From Candidatus Woesebacteria bacterium (GTDB taxonomy: Bacteria; Patescibacteriota; Microgenomatia; UBA8517), in the NCBI GenBank assembly GCA_003484955.1, contig DMZH01000001.1, positions 151,848 to 215,847 on the forward strand: a stretch of DNA of 64,000 bases. The letters run 5' to 3'. A program made the translations under genes and the position numbers. The notes beneath the pieces are model-generated. The model made no database searches. It saw only the letters and a program-made list of their open reading frames with translations, and was not told the origin of the DNA. Shown one piece after another: positions 1-9,751 of the stretch. The first letter of the stretch is position 1, and each line of letters starts with the position of its first letter.

Positions 1-208
1 TTTCCCGCGCGGCTTTCTCCGTAAAAGTAAGGGCTAATATTTCAGAGGGTTTTGCGTGTTTTCCCAGAATTAAATATTTTATTCTTTCAGTTACAACTGT
101 AGTTTTTCCGGTTCCGGCACCGGCAATAATAAGGAGAGGTCCCTTGCCAAATTTAATCGCATCGATTTGTTCTTTATTTAGTTTTAAATTTGAAAAGTCT
201 TTCGTCAT
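1..208 (-). CDS. UvrD/PcrA-family DNA helicase, N-terminal fragment (continues beyond the window start)
   Basis: Reverse-strand translation from the ATG at 208-206 gives [69 protein letters not shown]. It carries a Walker A motif (GAGTGKT) and the UvrD-typical [10 protein letters not shown] segment. Its start overlaps the rmuC stop as ATGA. Confidence 0.7.
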   Translation of the reverse strand, partial: MTKDFSNLKLNKEQIDAIKFGKGPLLIIAGAGTGKTTVVTERIKYLILGKHAKPSEILALTFTEKAARE

Positions 209-1209
209 TGTCCTTCTACTTCCTTTTTATCCTCCTTAAGTCCGTCTCCTAAGTTTTGTGTAGAAGAGATTTTTTGTCCCAACTGATTAAATGAAGAGAA
301 AACGTTGGTCATCATGTTGTAGGCATTGTTAAGGTGTTTTTGAAGTGTTCCCAAATTTTCTTCAACTTTTCCGTAATCTTTTTGGATGGCTCTTAAAATC
401 CTGAAAACCTCTTTGGATTTTAATTCCAAATCTTTTCCTTCAAACGAAAGGAGGAGGACTTGGAGGTGGGCGTACAAAGTATTCGGGGAAACAGGATAAA
501 CCCTGAGGCGTCGGGCAAAATTTGATAGTTCGGGAATATTAACCGCTTCATAATAAACGGCTTCCGATGGGATATACATTAAAGCAAAATCCATTGTTCC
601 CTCCTCGGGAAGTATATATTTTCTACCGATATCTTCGATGTGTTTTTTAACATCCTGTATAAATTGCTTTTTAGCGGAGTTTCGTTCTCCTTCAGTTTCG
701 GCTGTATGCATCAAGTTAAAATTCTCCATCGGGAATTTGGAATCAATACAAAGCAACCCTGCGTCGGTTTTCAAAACAGCATCAACTTTTACTCCACTTT
801 TAAACGGATACTGCAAATGAAAGGCATTCTTGGGAAAAGTTTGCCCAATCATCTCTTTTAAAACTTCCTCCCCAAGTCCCCCGCGGAGTTTTGGCGACTG
901 CAAAAAATCCTGAAGGGTGCGGATTCCCTTTCCAATCTCACTCATTTCACCTAAATTTCTTTGTACTTGAGAGATGACTCTCGCGGCATTATCTAACCGT
1001 TCATTCATTGCCTGAGTGTTTTTTTGTAAAGAAGATAGAAGATCCCGTCTGTCCTCACGGGAACCGCTTTGAAGAGTTTTTATTATTTCCAAAAGCTCAT
1101 CGGAGGGCTTTTGGGATTCTTTCAGATCAATTAGTTTTCTGTTAATAAATAGGGCTACAATCAGTAGGGCGGCTAATACTATAATAAGGGTAATAATAGG
1201 ATCCATCAC
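205..1209 (-). CDS. rmuC: DNA recombination protein RmuC
   Basis: 334-aa ORF with an N-terminal TM helix and a long coiled-coil region. The C-terminal domain has RmuC-like conserved segments ([37 protein letters not shown]). Confidence 0.75.
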   Translation of the reverse strand: MMDPIITLIIVLAALLIVALFINRKLIDLKESQKPSDELLEIIKTLQSGSREDRRDLLSSLQKNTQAMNERLDNAARVISQVQRNLGEMSEIGKGIRTLQDFLQSPKLRGGLGEEVLKEMIGQTFPKNAFHLQYPFKSGVKVDAVLKTDAGLLCIDSKFPMENFNLMHTAETEGERNSAKKQFIQDVKKHIEDIGRKYILPEEGTMDFALMYIPSEAVYYEAVNIPELSNFARRLRVYPVSPNTLYAHLQVLLLSFEGKDLELKSKEVFRILRAIQKDYGKVEENLGTLQKHLNNAYNMMTNVFSSFNQLGQKISSTQNLGDGLKEDKKEVEGQ

Positions 1210-1240
1210 TCAATTCTAGAGTAAAAATTTAAAATTACAA

Positions 1241-1576
1241 ATGAAGAAACATTTCAGAAAAGAACAAATTTTAAAAAGAAAGAATTTTCTTCCGACCCTC
1301 CTTTTGACAATTCTTCTTTGGATTTTTTTTGCAGGACTTGTTTATTTTGCCGATCCCCAGACATTTGGAGCGGTGCCACTGTTTTTTCTGCTGCTTTTTA
1401 TCACCTTACTTTTTACATTTTCCTTGCTTTTTGCTAATTCCCGCCGCGGTCTTGTTATTTCCCTATCTCTCATTCTTTTTTTTATTCTTTTATTTCTAGG
1501 CGTCGGGAACATATTAAATTTGATCCTAATACTTGCAATAATGGTCTGTGTAGAGCTATATTTCTCAACTAGATGA
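1241..1576 (+). CDS. hypothetical small polytopic membrane protein
   Basis: 111-aa ORF that is almost entirely hydrophobic (3-4 predicted helices). No recognisable motif. Confidence 0.35.
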   Translation: MKKHFRKEQILKRKNFLPTLLLTILLWIFFAGLVYFADPQTFGAVPLFFLLLFITLLFTFSLLFANSRRGLVISLSLILFFILLFLGVGNILNLILILAIMVCVELYFSTR

Positions 1577-1905
1577 ATCCATCACTCAAAAAACAGCTTC
1601 TTAAAACTTTTTCCAAGATGATAGATGACCTTGAGGGTCTGAGTGAGATTGAAATATTTTTGAAGGATTTTTTTGACGATGTAGAGCTTGAAAAATATAT
1701 CAAAAGAATAGCCATTGCTTATTGGCTCAAAAAAGGCAGAGATAAAGAAAATATTAAAAGAAACTTACTTGCCACCCCAAAAGAAATACTTGATGCTGAA
1801 AAATTACTCAAAAAAGACGGAATCAAGCTTGCTCTCAAAAAAATTGAGGCCGAAGAGTGGGCTAATGTTTGGGCCGAAAAAATTAAGAATTTTACCAAGA
1901 AGTAG
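1573..1905 (+). CDS. TrpR/YerC-YecD-like small DNA-binding protein
   Basis: 110-aa basic protein. The first half resembles the TrpR-related YerC/YecD family (LEGLSEIEIFLKDFFDDVELEKYIKRIAIAYWLKKG). It overlaps the upstream ORF by 4 nt, consistent with co-operonic arrangement. Confidence 0.4.
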   Translation: MNPSLKKQLLKTFSKMIDDLEGLSEIEIFLKDFFDDVELEKYIKRIAIAYWLKKGRDKENIKRNLLATPKEILDAEKLLKKDGIKLALKKIEAEEWANVWAEKIKNFTKK

Positions 1906-1938
1906 CTTCAATCCCCTCTTAAGCTGTACAATACAACC

Positions 1939-3354
1939 ATGGACAAGAAATATTATCTGACAACAACATTGCCTTACGTGAATGCCGAGCCCCATATTGG
2001 TTTTGCGCTTGAAATTGTGCAGGCAGATGCCTTGGCGCGTTTTCATAAGCTTTTGGGAGAAGAAGTTATCTTTAACTTTGGAACGGACGAGCATGGCCAA
2101 AAGATTTACCAAAAAGCACGAGAGCTTGGGAAAGACCCTCAAAAATATTGTGATGAATACGCAGCCAGGTTTGACGCTTTAAAAAAAGCTCTCAACTTAA
2201 GCTACAACCGCTTTATCAGAACCACAGATCCTCATCACATAAAATCGGCCCAAGAATTTTGGAAACTTTGTGACAAAAACGGGGATATCTATAAAAAACT
2301 TTATAAAACCAAATATTGTGTCGGTTGTGAATTGGAGAAGACGGATTCAGAGTTGGTTGATAATAAGTGCCCCCTTCACCCCAACCAAAATCTGGAAATT
2401 ATTGAAGAGGAAAACTATTTCTTCAGATTTTCAAAATATCAAAAACCGCTTTTGGATTTTTATGAAAAAAGTCCGGATTTTGTAATACCGGAGGGAAAGT
2501 TTAACGAGATCAGGAGTTTTGTTAAAGAAGGTTTGCAGGATTTCAGTATCTCAAGACTTAAAAATAAGATGCCTTGGGGAATTCCCGTCCCGGGAGATTC
2601 AGCTCAAGTTATGTACGTTTGGTTTGACGCCCTTATTAACTACATTTCAACCCTAGGCTGGCCGGAAGATACTAAAAATTTTGAAGATTACTGGCCGGGA
2701 TTCCAGATTGCAGGTAAAGATAATTTAAGACAGCAAACAGCAATCTGGCAAGCAATGCTTGCCTCGGCTGGGCTTCCTTTTTCCAAACAAATATTTATTC
2801 ACGGGTTTGTCACTGCCAACGGCAAAAAAATAAGCAAGAGTCTGGGTAACACAATAAACCCTATCGAAGTCGCCGAAAAATACGGAGCTGACGCCTTGAG
2901 ATACTATCTACTCGCCAAAATTAACCCAACCGAGGATTCTGATTTCACCTTTGAAAAGTTTGAGGAAGTATATAATGGCGAACTTGCCAATGGACTTGGA
3001 AACTTGATTTCAAGAGTGGCAAAACTCTGCGAAAAATCCGGTTTTGAATTTAAACCCACAAAAACACAAAAAGATGAAAAAATCGGAAATGCGTTGAAAG
3101 AATATAAATTTGATCTTGCTCTCAAAATTATCTGGGACGGAATTACCCAAACCGATCAATTTATAAATGAAGAGGAACCATGGAAGCTAATCGGCGGTAA
3201 ACTTGAGAAAGTTTTAATTCACCTGGTTGACCACATAAGGGAAATCTCTTTTAATTTGGAGCCTTTTTTACCCGAAACTTCCGAAAAAATTCAAAAACAA
3301 TTTGGGGGTTCAAAAATTGCATCAGGCAGTCCCTTATTTCCCCGCCTGAGTTGA
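1939..3354 (+). CDS. metG: methionyl-tRNA synthetase (short form)
   Basis: 471 aa. The class I HIGH region appears as NAEPHIGFALE and the KMSKS motif as KISKSLGN. The TTTLPYVNAEPHIGF start is typical of MetRS, as is the anticodon-binding helical C-terminus. Confidence 0.9.
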   Translation: MDKKYYLTTTLPYVNAEPHIGFALEIVQADALARFHKLLGEEVIFNFGTDEHGQKIYQKARELGKDPQKYCDEYAARFDALKKALNLSYNRFIRTTDPHHIKSAQEFWKLCDKNGDIYKKLYKTKYCVGCELEKTDSELVDNKCPLHPNQNLEIIEEENYFFRFSKYQKPLLDFYEKSPDFVIPEGKFNEIRSFVKEGLQDFSISRLKNKMPWGIPVPGDSAQVMYVWFDALINYISTLGWPEDTKNFEDYWPGFQIAGKDNLRQQTAIWQAMLASAGLPFSKQIFIHGFVTANGKKISKSLGNTINPIEVAEKYGADALRYYLLAKINPTEDSDFTFEKFEEVYNGELANGLGNLISRVAKLCEKSGFEFKPTKTQKDEKIGNALKEYKFDLALKIIWDGITQTDQFINEEEPWKLIGGKLEKVLIHLVDHIREISFNLEPFLPETSEKIQKQFGGSKIASGSPLFPRLS

Positions 3355-3364
3355 AATATTAGCT

Positions 3365-4855
3365 ATGCGTAAATTTATTGAAAAGCACGACAAAGGAATT
3401 CTACGGGCCCTGGAAATTTTGCCAGGATTTACCTCCTGGAACTTGATTCTTTTTCCGTACTGGGGAATTTTTGTAATCCCTAAGGTCGTGGCATATTTCG
3501 TTCTCTTCTTTAATATTTATTGGTTTTACCAGTCATTTCAAATTGCAATATCAGCCGTAATATCAAACATGAGGATACAGGCTGCAAAAATTTATGACTG
3601 GATGGGAGACGTAAAAGATTTTCCAGATTGGAAAAAAGTCCGACACGTTGTCATAATTCCTACCTATAAAGAACCCCTTCATATTCTCGAAAGAACTCTC
3701 GATTCTCTTGCCGCCCAGGAATTTCCCACTAAAGGAATTATTCCCGTTCTTGCTATGGAAAAAAACGAACCCGAAAAAGATCGGTTATCTAAATGGAAAT
3801 CGTTAAACGAAAAATACGGAAAGACATTTTGTAAACTTTTTGTCACCGTACACGAACTTAAAGCCGGTGAGGTTACAGGAAAAGCTTCAAACGAAAAATA
3901 CGCTGCCGTCTGGGTGAAAGAGAATTATATAGACGCGGAGAGACTTAATATTGATTATTTCACAGTCACCTCTTGCGATGCGGATCATAAGTTTCATCCC
4001 AAACACTTTGCCAATCTTGCTTTCAAATTTTTGGATAACCCCAACCGATATAAAGTGTTCTGGCAACCCTCTGTTATGTTTTATAACAATATTTGGGAGA
4101 TCCCGGCAATTACCCGCGTGTTAAATACACTAATGTCGATTTCAAATCTTTCCCAACTTGCGCGTAAAGACAAACTCATTAATACTCAAAATTACTCACT
4201 TTCTTACAAACTGCTGGATGCCGTAGGATACTGGGATGCCGATAAAATCCCTGAGGACTGGGGAATATTTTTCAAGGCATTCTATAAAAGTGGTGGCGGA
4301 GTTGAAGTCGAACCAATCTATCTTCCGCTTATGGCTGATGCCGCGCAGTCTGGTTCTTTTTGGAAAACAATTAAAAATCAGTATCAACAACTTCAAAGAT
4401 GGGCCTGGGGAGTAAGTGATGATCCCTGGATAATAAAAAGTTATCTCCTAACAAGGAATATTCCTTTTTGGGATAAAACAATGAGACTGATTCAGGTTCT
4501 TTGGTCGCACTTTTTGTGGCCCGTTAACTGGTTCATCATTTCGGTGGGACTAACCATACCAACCCTTCTTAATCCGGCTTTTGGAAGAACAGCCCTGGGT
4601 TACACTGTTCCTAAATTATCATCTTTGATTTTGACACTCGCACTCGTATTCCTATTGGTAATGATAATTATTGACAACATTCAAAAACCAAAAAGGCCAA
4701 GTAATGTGTCTCTACTCAGGAAGATTTTAATACCTTTTGAATTTATTCTAATGCCTCTGGCAGGGTTTCTTTTTACGGCCCTTCCCGGAATCGATGCCCA
4801 TACCCGTCTTATGCTTGGAAAGTATATTCAATACAAAGTCACCGAGAAGGTATAG
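3365..4855 (+). CDS. polytopic family-2 glycosyltransferase (cellulose-synthase-like fold)
   Basis: 496 aa. The GT-A signature has an N-terminal VVIIPTYKEP segment, a DAD-like TSCDADH segment and a QxxRW-like QRWAWG motif. Multiple TM helices at the N- and C-termini. Confidence 0.65.
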   Translation: MRKFIEKHDKGILRALEILPGFTSWNLILFPYWGIFVIPKVVAYFVLFFNIYWFYQSFQIAISAVISNMRIQAAKIYDWMGDVKDFPDWKKVRHVVIIPTYKEPLHILERTLDSLAAQEFPTKGIIPVLAMEKNEPEKDRLSKWKSLNEKYGKTFCKLFVTVHELKAGEVTGKASNEKYAAVWVKENYIDAERLNIDYFTVTSCDADHKFHPKHFANLAFKFLDNPNRYKVFWQPSVMFYNNIWEIPAITRVLNTLMSISNLSQLARKDKLINTQNYSLSYKLLDAVGYWDADKIPEDWGIFFKAFYKSGGGVEVEPIYLPLMADAAQSGSFWKTIKNQYQQLQRWAWGVSDDPWIIKSYLLTRNIPFWDKTMRLIQVLWSHFLWPVNWFIISVGLTIPTLLNPAFGRTALGYTVPKLSSLILTLALVFLLVMIIIDNIQKPKRPSNVSLLRKILIPFEFILMPLAGFLFTALPGIDAHTRLMLGKYIQYKVTEKV

Positions 4856-4875
4856 AGCAAACTTCAGGTTTAAAA

Positions 4876-5820
4876 TTAAAAATTACTTTTGTAAAACTCA
4901 ATAGTCTTTTGAAGACCCGCTTCAAGATTTGTTTTCGGTTCCCAACCAAGTATTTCCTTTGCTTTTGTAATATCCGGTTGTCTTCTCATTGGATCGTCTT
5001 CTCTGAACGTTCCACTATACTCAATTTCTGATTTAGAGCCTGTAAGTTTAATAATTTTTTCAGCCAACTCCTTAATGGTAAATTCGTCAGGGTTCCCTAA
5101 ATTAAAGATCTCCCCCGTGGTTCCCGGTGCAAACATTGCTTTCTCAATTCCTTCAACCAAATCATCAACGTAGCAAAAAGATCTCGTTTGACTCCCATCG
5201 CCATCTATTTTTATCGGAGCATCCGAAAGAGATTGCATAATAAAGTTGCTTACCACTCTCCCATCGTCCTTTTGCATTCTGGGTCCATATGTGTTGAAAA
5301 TGCGTATTATTCTGACATCAATATCATGTTTTCGAAAATAAACATATGTTGCAGATTCTGCAAATCTTTTGCTTTCGTCATAGCAGGATCTCGGACCGAA
5401 AGTGTTTACATTTCCAAAATATGTCTCCTTTTGGGGATGTTTTAGGGGGTCTCCGTAAACTTCTGAGGTTGACGCAATCAGCACCTTCGCCCCAGTTTCT
5501 TTGGCCAATTTTAATACGTTTAGAGTACCCATAGAATTGGCCAAAAGCGTTTCTTCAGGGTAATTTTGATAATCAATTGGAGATGCTGGAGACGCCAAAT
5601 GAAAAATGTAATCCGATGACCGATTGTTAAAAATTAATGGCTGAACAACATCCGCTTCGACAAATTCAAAGTTGGGATCGTCCAAAAGATGTTCTACATT
5701 TTTTTTTGATCCCGTCAGAAGATTGTCTAAGCAAATTACTTTATAGCCTTCTTTGACCAATCTATTGCAGAGGTGACTACCGATAAACCCTGCACCACCC
5801 GTAACCAAAACACTTTGCAT
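4876..5820 (-). CDS. NAD-dependent epimerase/dehydratase, UDP-glucuronate decarboxylase (UDP-xylose synthase)-like
   Basis: 314 aa. N-terminal Rossmann motif VTGGAGFIGSHL and a catalytic YDESK segment (SYDESKRFAE). Overall collinear with UXS/ArnA-type SDR enzymes. Confidence 0.75.
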   Translation of the reverse strand: MQSVLVTGGAGFIGSHLCNRLVKEGYKVICLDNLLTGSKKNVEHLLDDPNFEFVEADVVQPLIFNNRSSDYIFHLASPASPIDYQNYPEETLLANSMGTLNVLKLAKETGAKVLIASTSEVYGDPLKHPQKETYFGNVNTFGPRSCYDESKRFAESATYVYFRKHDIDVRIIRIFNTYGPRMQKDDGRVVSNFIMQSLSDAPIKIDGDGSQTRSFCYVDDLVEGIEKAMFAPGTTGEIFNLGNPDEFTIKELAEKIIKLTGSKSEIEYSGTFREDDPMRRQPDITKAKEILGWEPKTNLEAGLQKTIEFYKSNF

Positions 5821-5852
5821 ATGAGCAAATTATATCTTAAACTAAGAGTAAT

Positions 5853-7361
5853 ATGAAATCACTTTGGCAAAAGCTTCATAGGGTAGGTGATTCCCTCCAC
5901 CTGCCCGATATTCCAAACTGGCTTATCGTAATACTGGCTTTGGTGTTTCTCCTAAGAGTTCCCTCATTCTTTGAACCTTATTACTATGGCGACGAGATGA
6001 TTTATCTGACTCTTGGACAAGGGGTACGCCAGGGACTTACTCTTTACAAAGATGTCTACGACAATAAACCGCCTCTTTTGTATCTGGCCGCTGCCGTTGC
6101 CGGAAATCTTTTTTGGTTTAAAGTAATTTTAGCCTTTTGGAGTCTGATAACGATATTTCTTTTTTACAAACTCACAAAAATAATCCTGGAAAAAAATGAA
6201 AAAGCGCAAAAAATATCAACATTTATTTTTGCACTGCTAACCACACTTCCCCTCCTTGAGGGTCTAACAATAAATTCCGAACTTTTTATGATTGCCTTTA
6301 CAATTGCCGCGTTTCTCATACTCTTGAAGAATGATTTAAAGATAAAGGGAGTGTATTTTGCCGGAATGCTTTTGGGTATAGGCGCACTTTTTAAAATCCC
6401 AGCGGCATTTGACGCACCGATTATCGTAATTTACTGGATCATTACAGACGGCCTGAAAGATTGGAGGAGGATTCTTAAAAATACTTTCATACTTGTGCTG
6501 GGCTTTACATCTCCAATTGTCTTAACCTTAATTTGGTACTATTTCAGAGGTGCACTTCCCGAATATATAAAGGCTGCTTTCTTGCAAAATGTTGGTTATT
6601 TAAGCAGTTTTAGACCCGGGGACGTTCAAAAATCATTTCTGGTCAGGAATGCCCCGCTTTTGATCCGAGGTCTTGTTGTATTGATTGGATCAGGAACCCT
6701 TTTTGTATTCCGAAAAAAGTTTTCAAAGAAGTTTATTTTGCTGTCTCTCTGGATACTTTTTGCCCTTTTTGCTATCACTCTCTCGGAACGTCCTTACCCG
6801 CACTACATTATTCAGGCTGTTGCACCCATTTCAATACTCCTCTCGATATTCTTTGCGGAAAAAAGTTTGGAGCAATCCCTTGTTGTTCTTCCTCTGGCTC
6901 TGACTTTCTTCGTACCAATTTATTATAAATTCTGGCTTTATCCGACAACATCTTATTATTCAAGGTTTGTCAGCTTTGCCATTGGAGGAGGGGGTAAATC
7001 GGCATACTTTAATGATTTCTCGCCAAAAATAAACAGAGATTATCAAATCGCGGATTTCTTGGTTAACTCGAGTATGCCTGATGATAAAGTCTTTATGTGG
7101 GACCCCGGCTCTCCCACCGTTTATGCTTTGTCGAAACATTTACCCCCTATCAAATATGTCGTTGATTATCACATAAATGACTATTCAAGTAAGACAAAGG
7201 AGGCGGAAAATATTGCGAAAGATCCCCCTAAATTTATAATTCTTACCGATTCTTACCCTTACCCGGAACTTAACCCCCTTCTTAAAAGCAAATATTTGTT
7301 GATTAATCAGATCGATGATGCCAACATTTATTCCCGAATCAATTTTGCTCCCACAAAATAG
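5853..7361 (+). CDS. GT-C fold membrane glycosyltransferase (ArnT/PMT/GT39-GT83-like)
   Basis: 502 aa. An N-terminal extracytoplasmic loop with a DE motif (YYYGDEMIY) is followed by about 10 TM helices and a soluble C-terminal domain. This architecture is typical of lipid-linked sugar transferases. Confidence 0.55.
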   Translation: MKSLWQKLHRVGDSLHLPDIPNWLIVILALVFLLRVPSFFEPYYYGDEMIYLTLGQGVRQGLTLYKDVYDNKPPLLYLAAAVAGNLFWFKVILAFWSLITIFLFYKLTKIILEKNEKAQKISTFIFALLTTLPLLEGLTINSELFMIAFTIAAFLILLKNDLKIKGVYFAGMLLGIGALFKIPAAFDAPIIVIYWIITDGLKDWRRILKNTFILVLGFTSPIVLTLIWYYFRGALPEYIKAAFLQNVGYLSSFRPGDVQKSFLVRNAPLLIRGLVVLIGSGTLFVFRKKFSKKFILLSLWILFALFAITLSERPYPHYIIQAVAPISILLSIFFAEKSLEQSLVVLPLALTFFVPIYYKFWLYPTTSYYSRFVSFAIGGGGKSAYFNDFSPKINRDYQIADFLVNSSMPDDKVFMWDPGSPTVYALSKHLPPIKYVVDYHINDYSSKTKEAENIAKDPPKFIILTDSYPYPELNPLLKSKYLLINQIDDANIYSRINFAPTK

Positions 7362-7389
7362 ATATCGTACAATATAGACCTTAAGCGGT

Positions 7390-7725
7390 ATGCATTGGAA
7401 AAAAGTCACTTTTTATAACTACTTTCTGACTGCCTTAATTTTGAGTGTTTTATCCATCGTCGGAATTCTTCTTGTCAAAAAATTCCTCCCGCCTGTTATT
7501 CCTATTTTTTATGGAAAACCGGTGGGAACGGAACAGCTAAGCACCTTTTGGTTTTTCTTTATCATTCCAGCTGTTTCAATTCTAATTACAGGTGTCAACC
7601 TTTTAATTAACATATCGATGAAGGACGTATTTATTAAAAAAATATTAGCAGTTAGTGCCCTTGCTATTTCACTGATGGCAAGCGTGACTATTTTGAAAAT
7701 AGTCCTCCTGGTTGGTTTTTTCTAA
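7390..7725 (+). CDS. hypothetical small membrane protein
   Basis: 111 aa with three hydrophobic helices. Sits between two glycosyltransferase genes and overlaps the next gene. Confidence 0.3.
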   Translation: MHWKKVTFYNYFLTALILSVLSIVGILLVKKFLPPVIPIFYGKPVGTEQLSTFWFFFIIPAVSILITGVNLLINISMKDVFIKKILAVSALAISLMASVTILKIVLLVGFF

Positions 7726-8818
7726 AATGGATGAATTACGTAATATTTTCTTAATACCGTGGCTTATCTCAGCGGTAGTTGCTTTTCTGACAACACCTTT
7801 GGCAATCAAGTTCGCCGAAAGAATCGGTATTATAGATGATCCGGCTAAAAATAAGCATCCTAAAGTAATTCACACCTATCCGATTCCCCGTGGAGGCGGG
7901 ATTCCTATTTTTATAGCTGTCCTTGTGTCTAGTCTTATATTCTTACCGATAGACAAACAGCTAATTGGAATTTTAGTGGGTGCTACTATTTTGGTCGTTA
8001 TGGGGGTGCTTGATGATAAATACAATCTAAATCCATATCTAAGACTTCTGATCGGGTTTGTGGCGGCAGCCGCTCCAATTGCAGCCGGAATAGGAATTTC
8101 ATTTATTTCAAATCCCATGGGAGGAACAATAAGCCTGAGTCAGCCTCAAATTAATTTTGAGCTTTTTGGGGAAACACGCAGTATCTGGATCGTCTCCGAC
8201 GTCTTTGCAATTCTTTGGATCACTTTTTTAATGAATATTGTAAACATGGGGGCAAAGGGAGTTGATGGACAGCTTAGCGGGGTAACTGTAATTGCGGCTC
8301 TAACTATTGCATTTTTATCTTTGAGATTTTCGGCTGATATTACCCAATGGCCAGTTATAATTTTAGCGGCAATTACTGCGGGAGCCTATCTGGGATTTTT
8401 ACCTTGGCATATATTCCCTCAAAAAATTATGCCCGGATACAGCGGCAGTACCCTCGCAGGGTATCTCCTGGCAGTTCTTTCAATTCTTTCAACAACAAAG
8501 GTTGGAGCCTTGATGGTTGTACTGGGAGTCCCTCTTATTGATACCGGATACACAATTATTAGAAGGATTGTTAATCACAAATCCCCCGTCTGGGGAGACA
8601 GGGGACATCTCCACCACAGGCTTCTTGATGCCGGTCTTTCCAAAACTCAAGTTGCAGTTTTTTACTGGGCAATAACAGGAGTTCTCGGTTTTTTGGCACT
8701 TAATTTGAATACAACCAGTAAGATCTATACAATGATAGGTATAGCCATGTTGTTAGGCGGCTTGATACTATGGTTGACGTACCGACCCAAGAAAAACAAC
8801 AGTCAAAAACCCCTCTGA
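7712..8818 (+). CDS. polyprenyl-phosphate N-acetylhexosamine-1-phosphate transferase (MraY/WecA/TagO family, GT4)
   Basis: 368 aa and polytopic. Conserved MraY/WecA segments include HTYPIPRGGGIPIF, DD (LDDKYNL), NMGAKGVDG and HLHHRL (a cytoplasmic loop 5 HHH-like motif). Confidence 0.8.
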   Translation: MVFSKMDELRNIFLIPWLISAVVAFLTTPLAIKFAERIGIIDDPAKNKHPKVIHTYPIPRGGGIPIFIAVLVSSLIFLPIDKQLIGILVGATILVVMGVLDDKYNLNPYLRLLIGFVAAAAPIAAGIGISFISNPMGGTISLSQPQINFELFGETRSIWIVSDVFAILWITFLMNIVNMGAKGVDGQLSGVTVIAALTIAFLSLRFSADITQWPVIILAAITAGAYLGFLPWHIFPQKIMPGYSGSTLAGYLLAVLSILSTTKVGALMVVLGVPLIDTGYTIIRRIVNHKSPVWGDRGHLHHRLLDAGLSKTQVAVFYWAITGVLGFLALNLNTTSKIYTMIGIAMLLGGLILWLTYRPKKNNSQKPL

Positions 8819-9747
8819 TAATTGCGGTAATTAAAGTTGCCAGACCTGTGCATTGGATTAAAAATGTCTCTGTTTTTGCAGCCATTTTTTTATCGGGATA
8901 TTTATTTGAAAAAGATCTCTTCCTAAAAACTTCATGGGCTTTTGTGGCTTTTTGTTTTACAACTTCGGCAACATACATTATCAATGATATTTTTGACAGA
9001 AAGATGGACCGCCTGCATCCTATTAAAAAGAATAGACCCATTGCTTCCGGATCTCTTTCTATACCCCTCGCTTTAATTGAAGCATTCCTTCTGATTTTGG
9101 GGGCAATTATGGCTACTTTTGCCGGAAATCTGGATCCAATCTTTTTAACAATAATATTCATTTACCTGGCTCTGCAGCTTTTCTACAGCCTGGGCCTCAA
9201 AAATATTGCAATTTTGGATATCATCATCATTGCGGCCGGATTCGTTTTAAGGGTTTATGCGGGAGCATTCGTGATCAACGCACACCTTTCGGTCTGGTTT
9301 CTTCTTTGTGTAATTTCTGTTGCTTTGTTCCTGGCGTCGGGGAAAAGGAGAGCAGAGCTAAACCTCATTCAAAATACCGACACGACAACCCGAAAGAGTC
9401 TTAGAGCTTACGAAAAGGACTTGTTAAATTCTTACGTTACCATGTTCGGAAACGCATCCTGGATGTCATGGGCCCTCTTTACATTTTTTGAAAGCCCGCG
9501 CGCCTCGCTTCCATTCTGGCTTGTACTTGCAGAGCTATCCAAGACAACAACGATAGGAAAACTTTTAATGTTTACTATCCCCGTAACAATTTTCGGACTG
9601 ATGAGATATGAGGCTCTAATCTTCCAAGGTAAAAGCGAAACCCCGGAAAAACTACTTCTTACCGATAAAGCCTTGATTGCGGCAGTTTCTCTTTGGGTAA
9701 TTCTTGTTTATTGGGTTCTTTATAGCGGCATTACCGTTACGCAATAA
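8770..9747 (+). CDS. UbiA-family prenyl/phosphoribosyl transferase (decaprenyl-phosphate phosphoribosyltransferase-like)
   Basis: 325 aa and polytopic. The first Asp-rich UbiA motif is NDIFDRKMDRLHPIKKNRPIASG, with a second D-rich region downstream. The true start may be internal, since the ORF overlaps the previous gene by 49 nt. Confidence 0.7.
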   Translation: MVDVPTQEKQQSKTPLIIAVIKVARPVHWIKNVSVFAAIFLSGYLFEKDLFLKTSWAFVAFCFTTSATYIINDIFDRKMDRLHPIKKNRPIASGSLSIPLALIEAFLLILGAIMATFAGNLDPIFLTIIFIYLALQLFYSLGLKNIAILDIIIIAAGFVLRVYAGAFVINAHLSVWFLLCVISVALFLASGKRRAELNLIQNTDTTTRKSLRAYEKDLLNSYVTMFGNASWMSWALFTFFESPRASLPFWLVLAELSKTTTIGKLLMFTIPVTIFGLMRYEALIFQGKSETPEKLLLTDKALIAAVSLWVILVYWVLYSGITVTQ

Positions 9748-9751
9748 CCCT

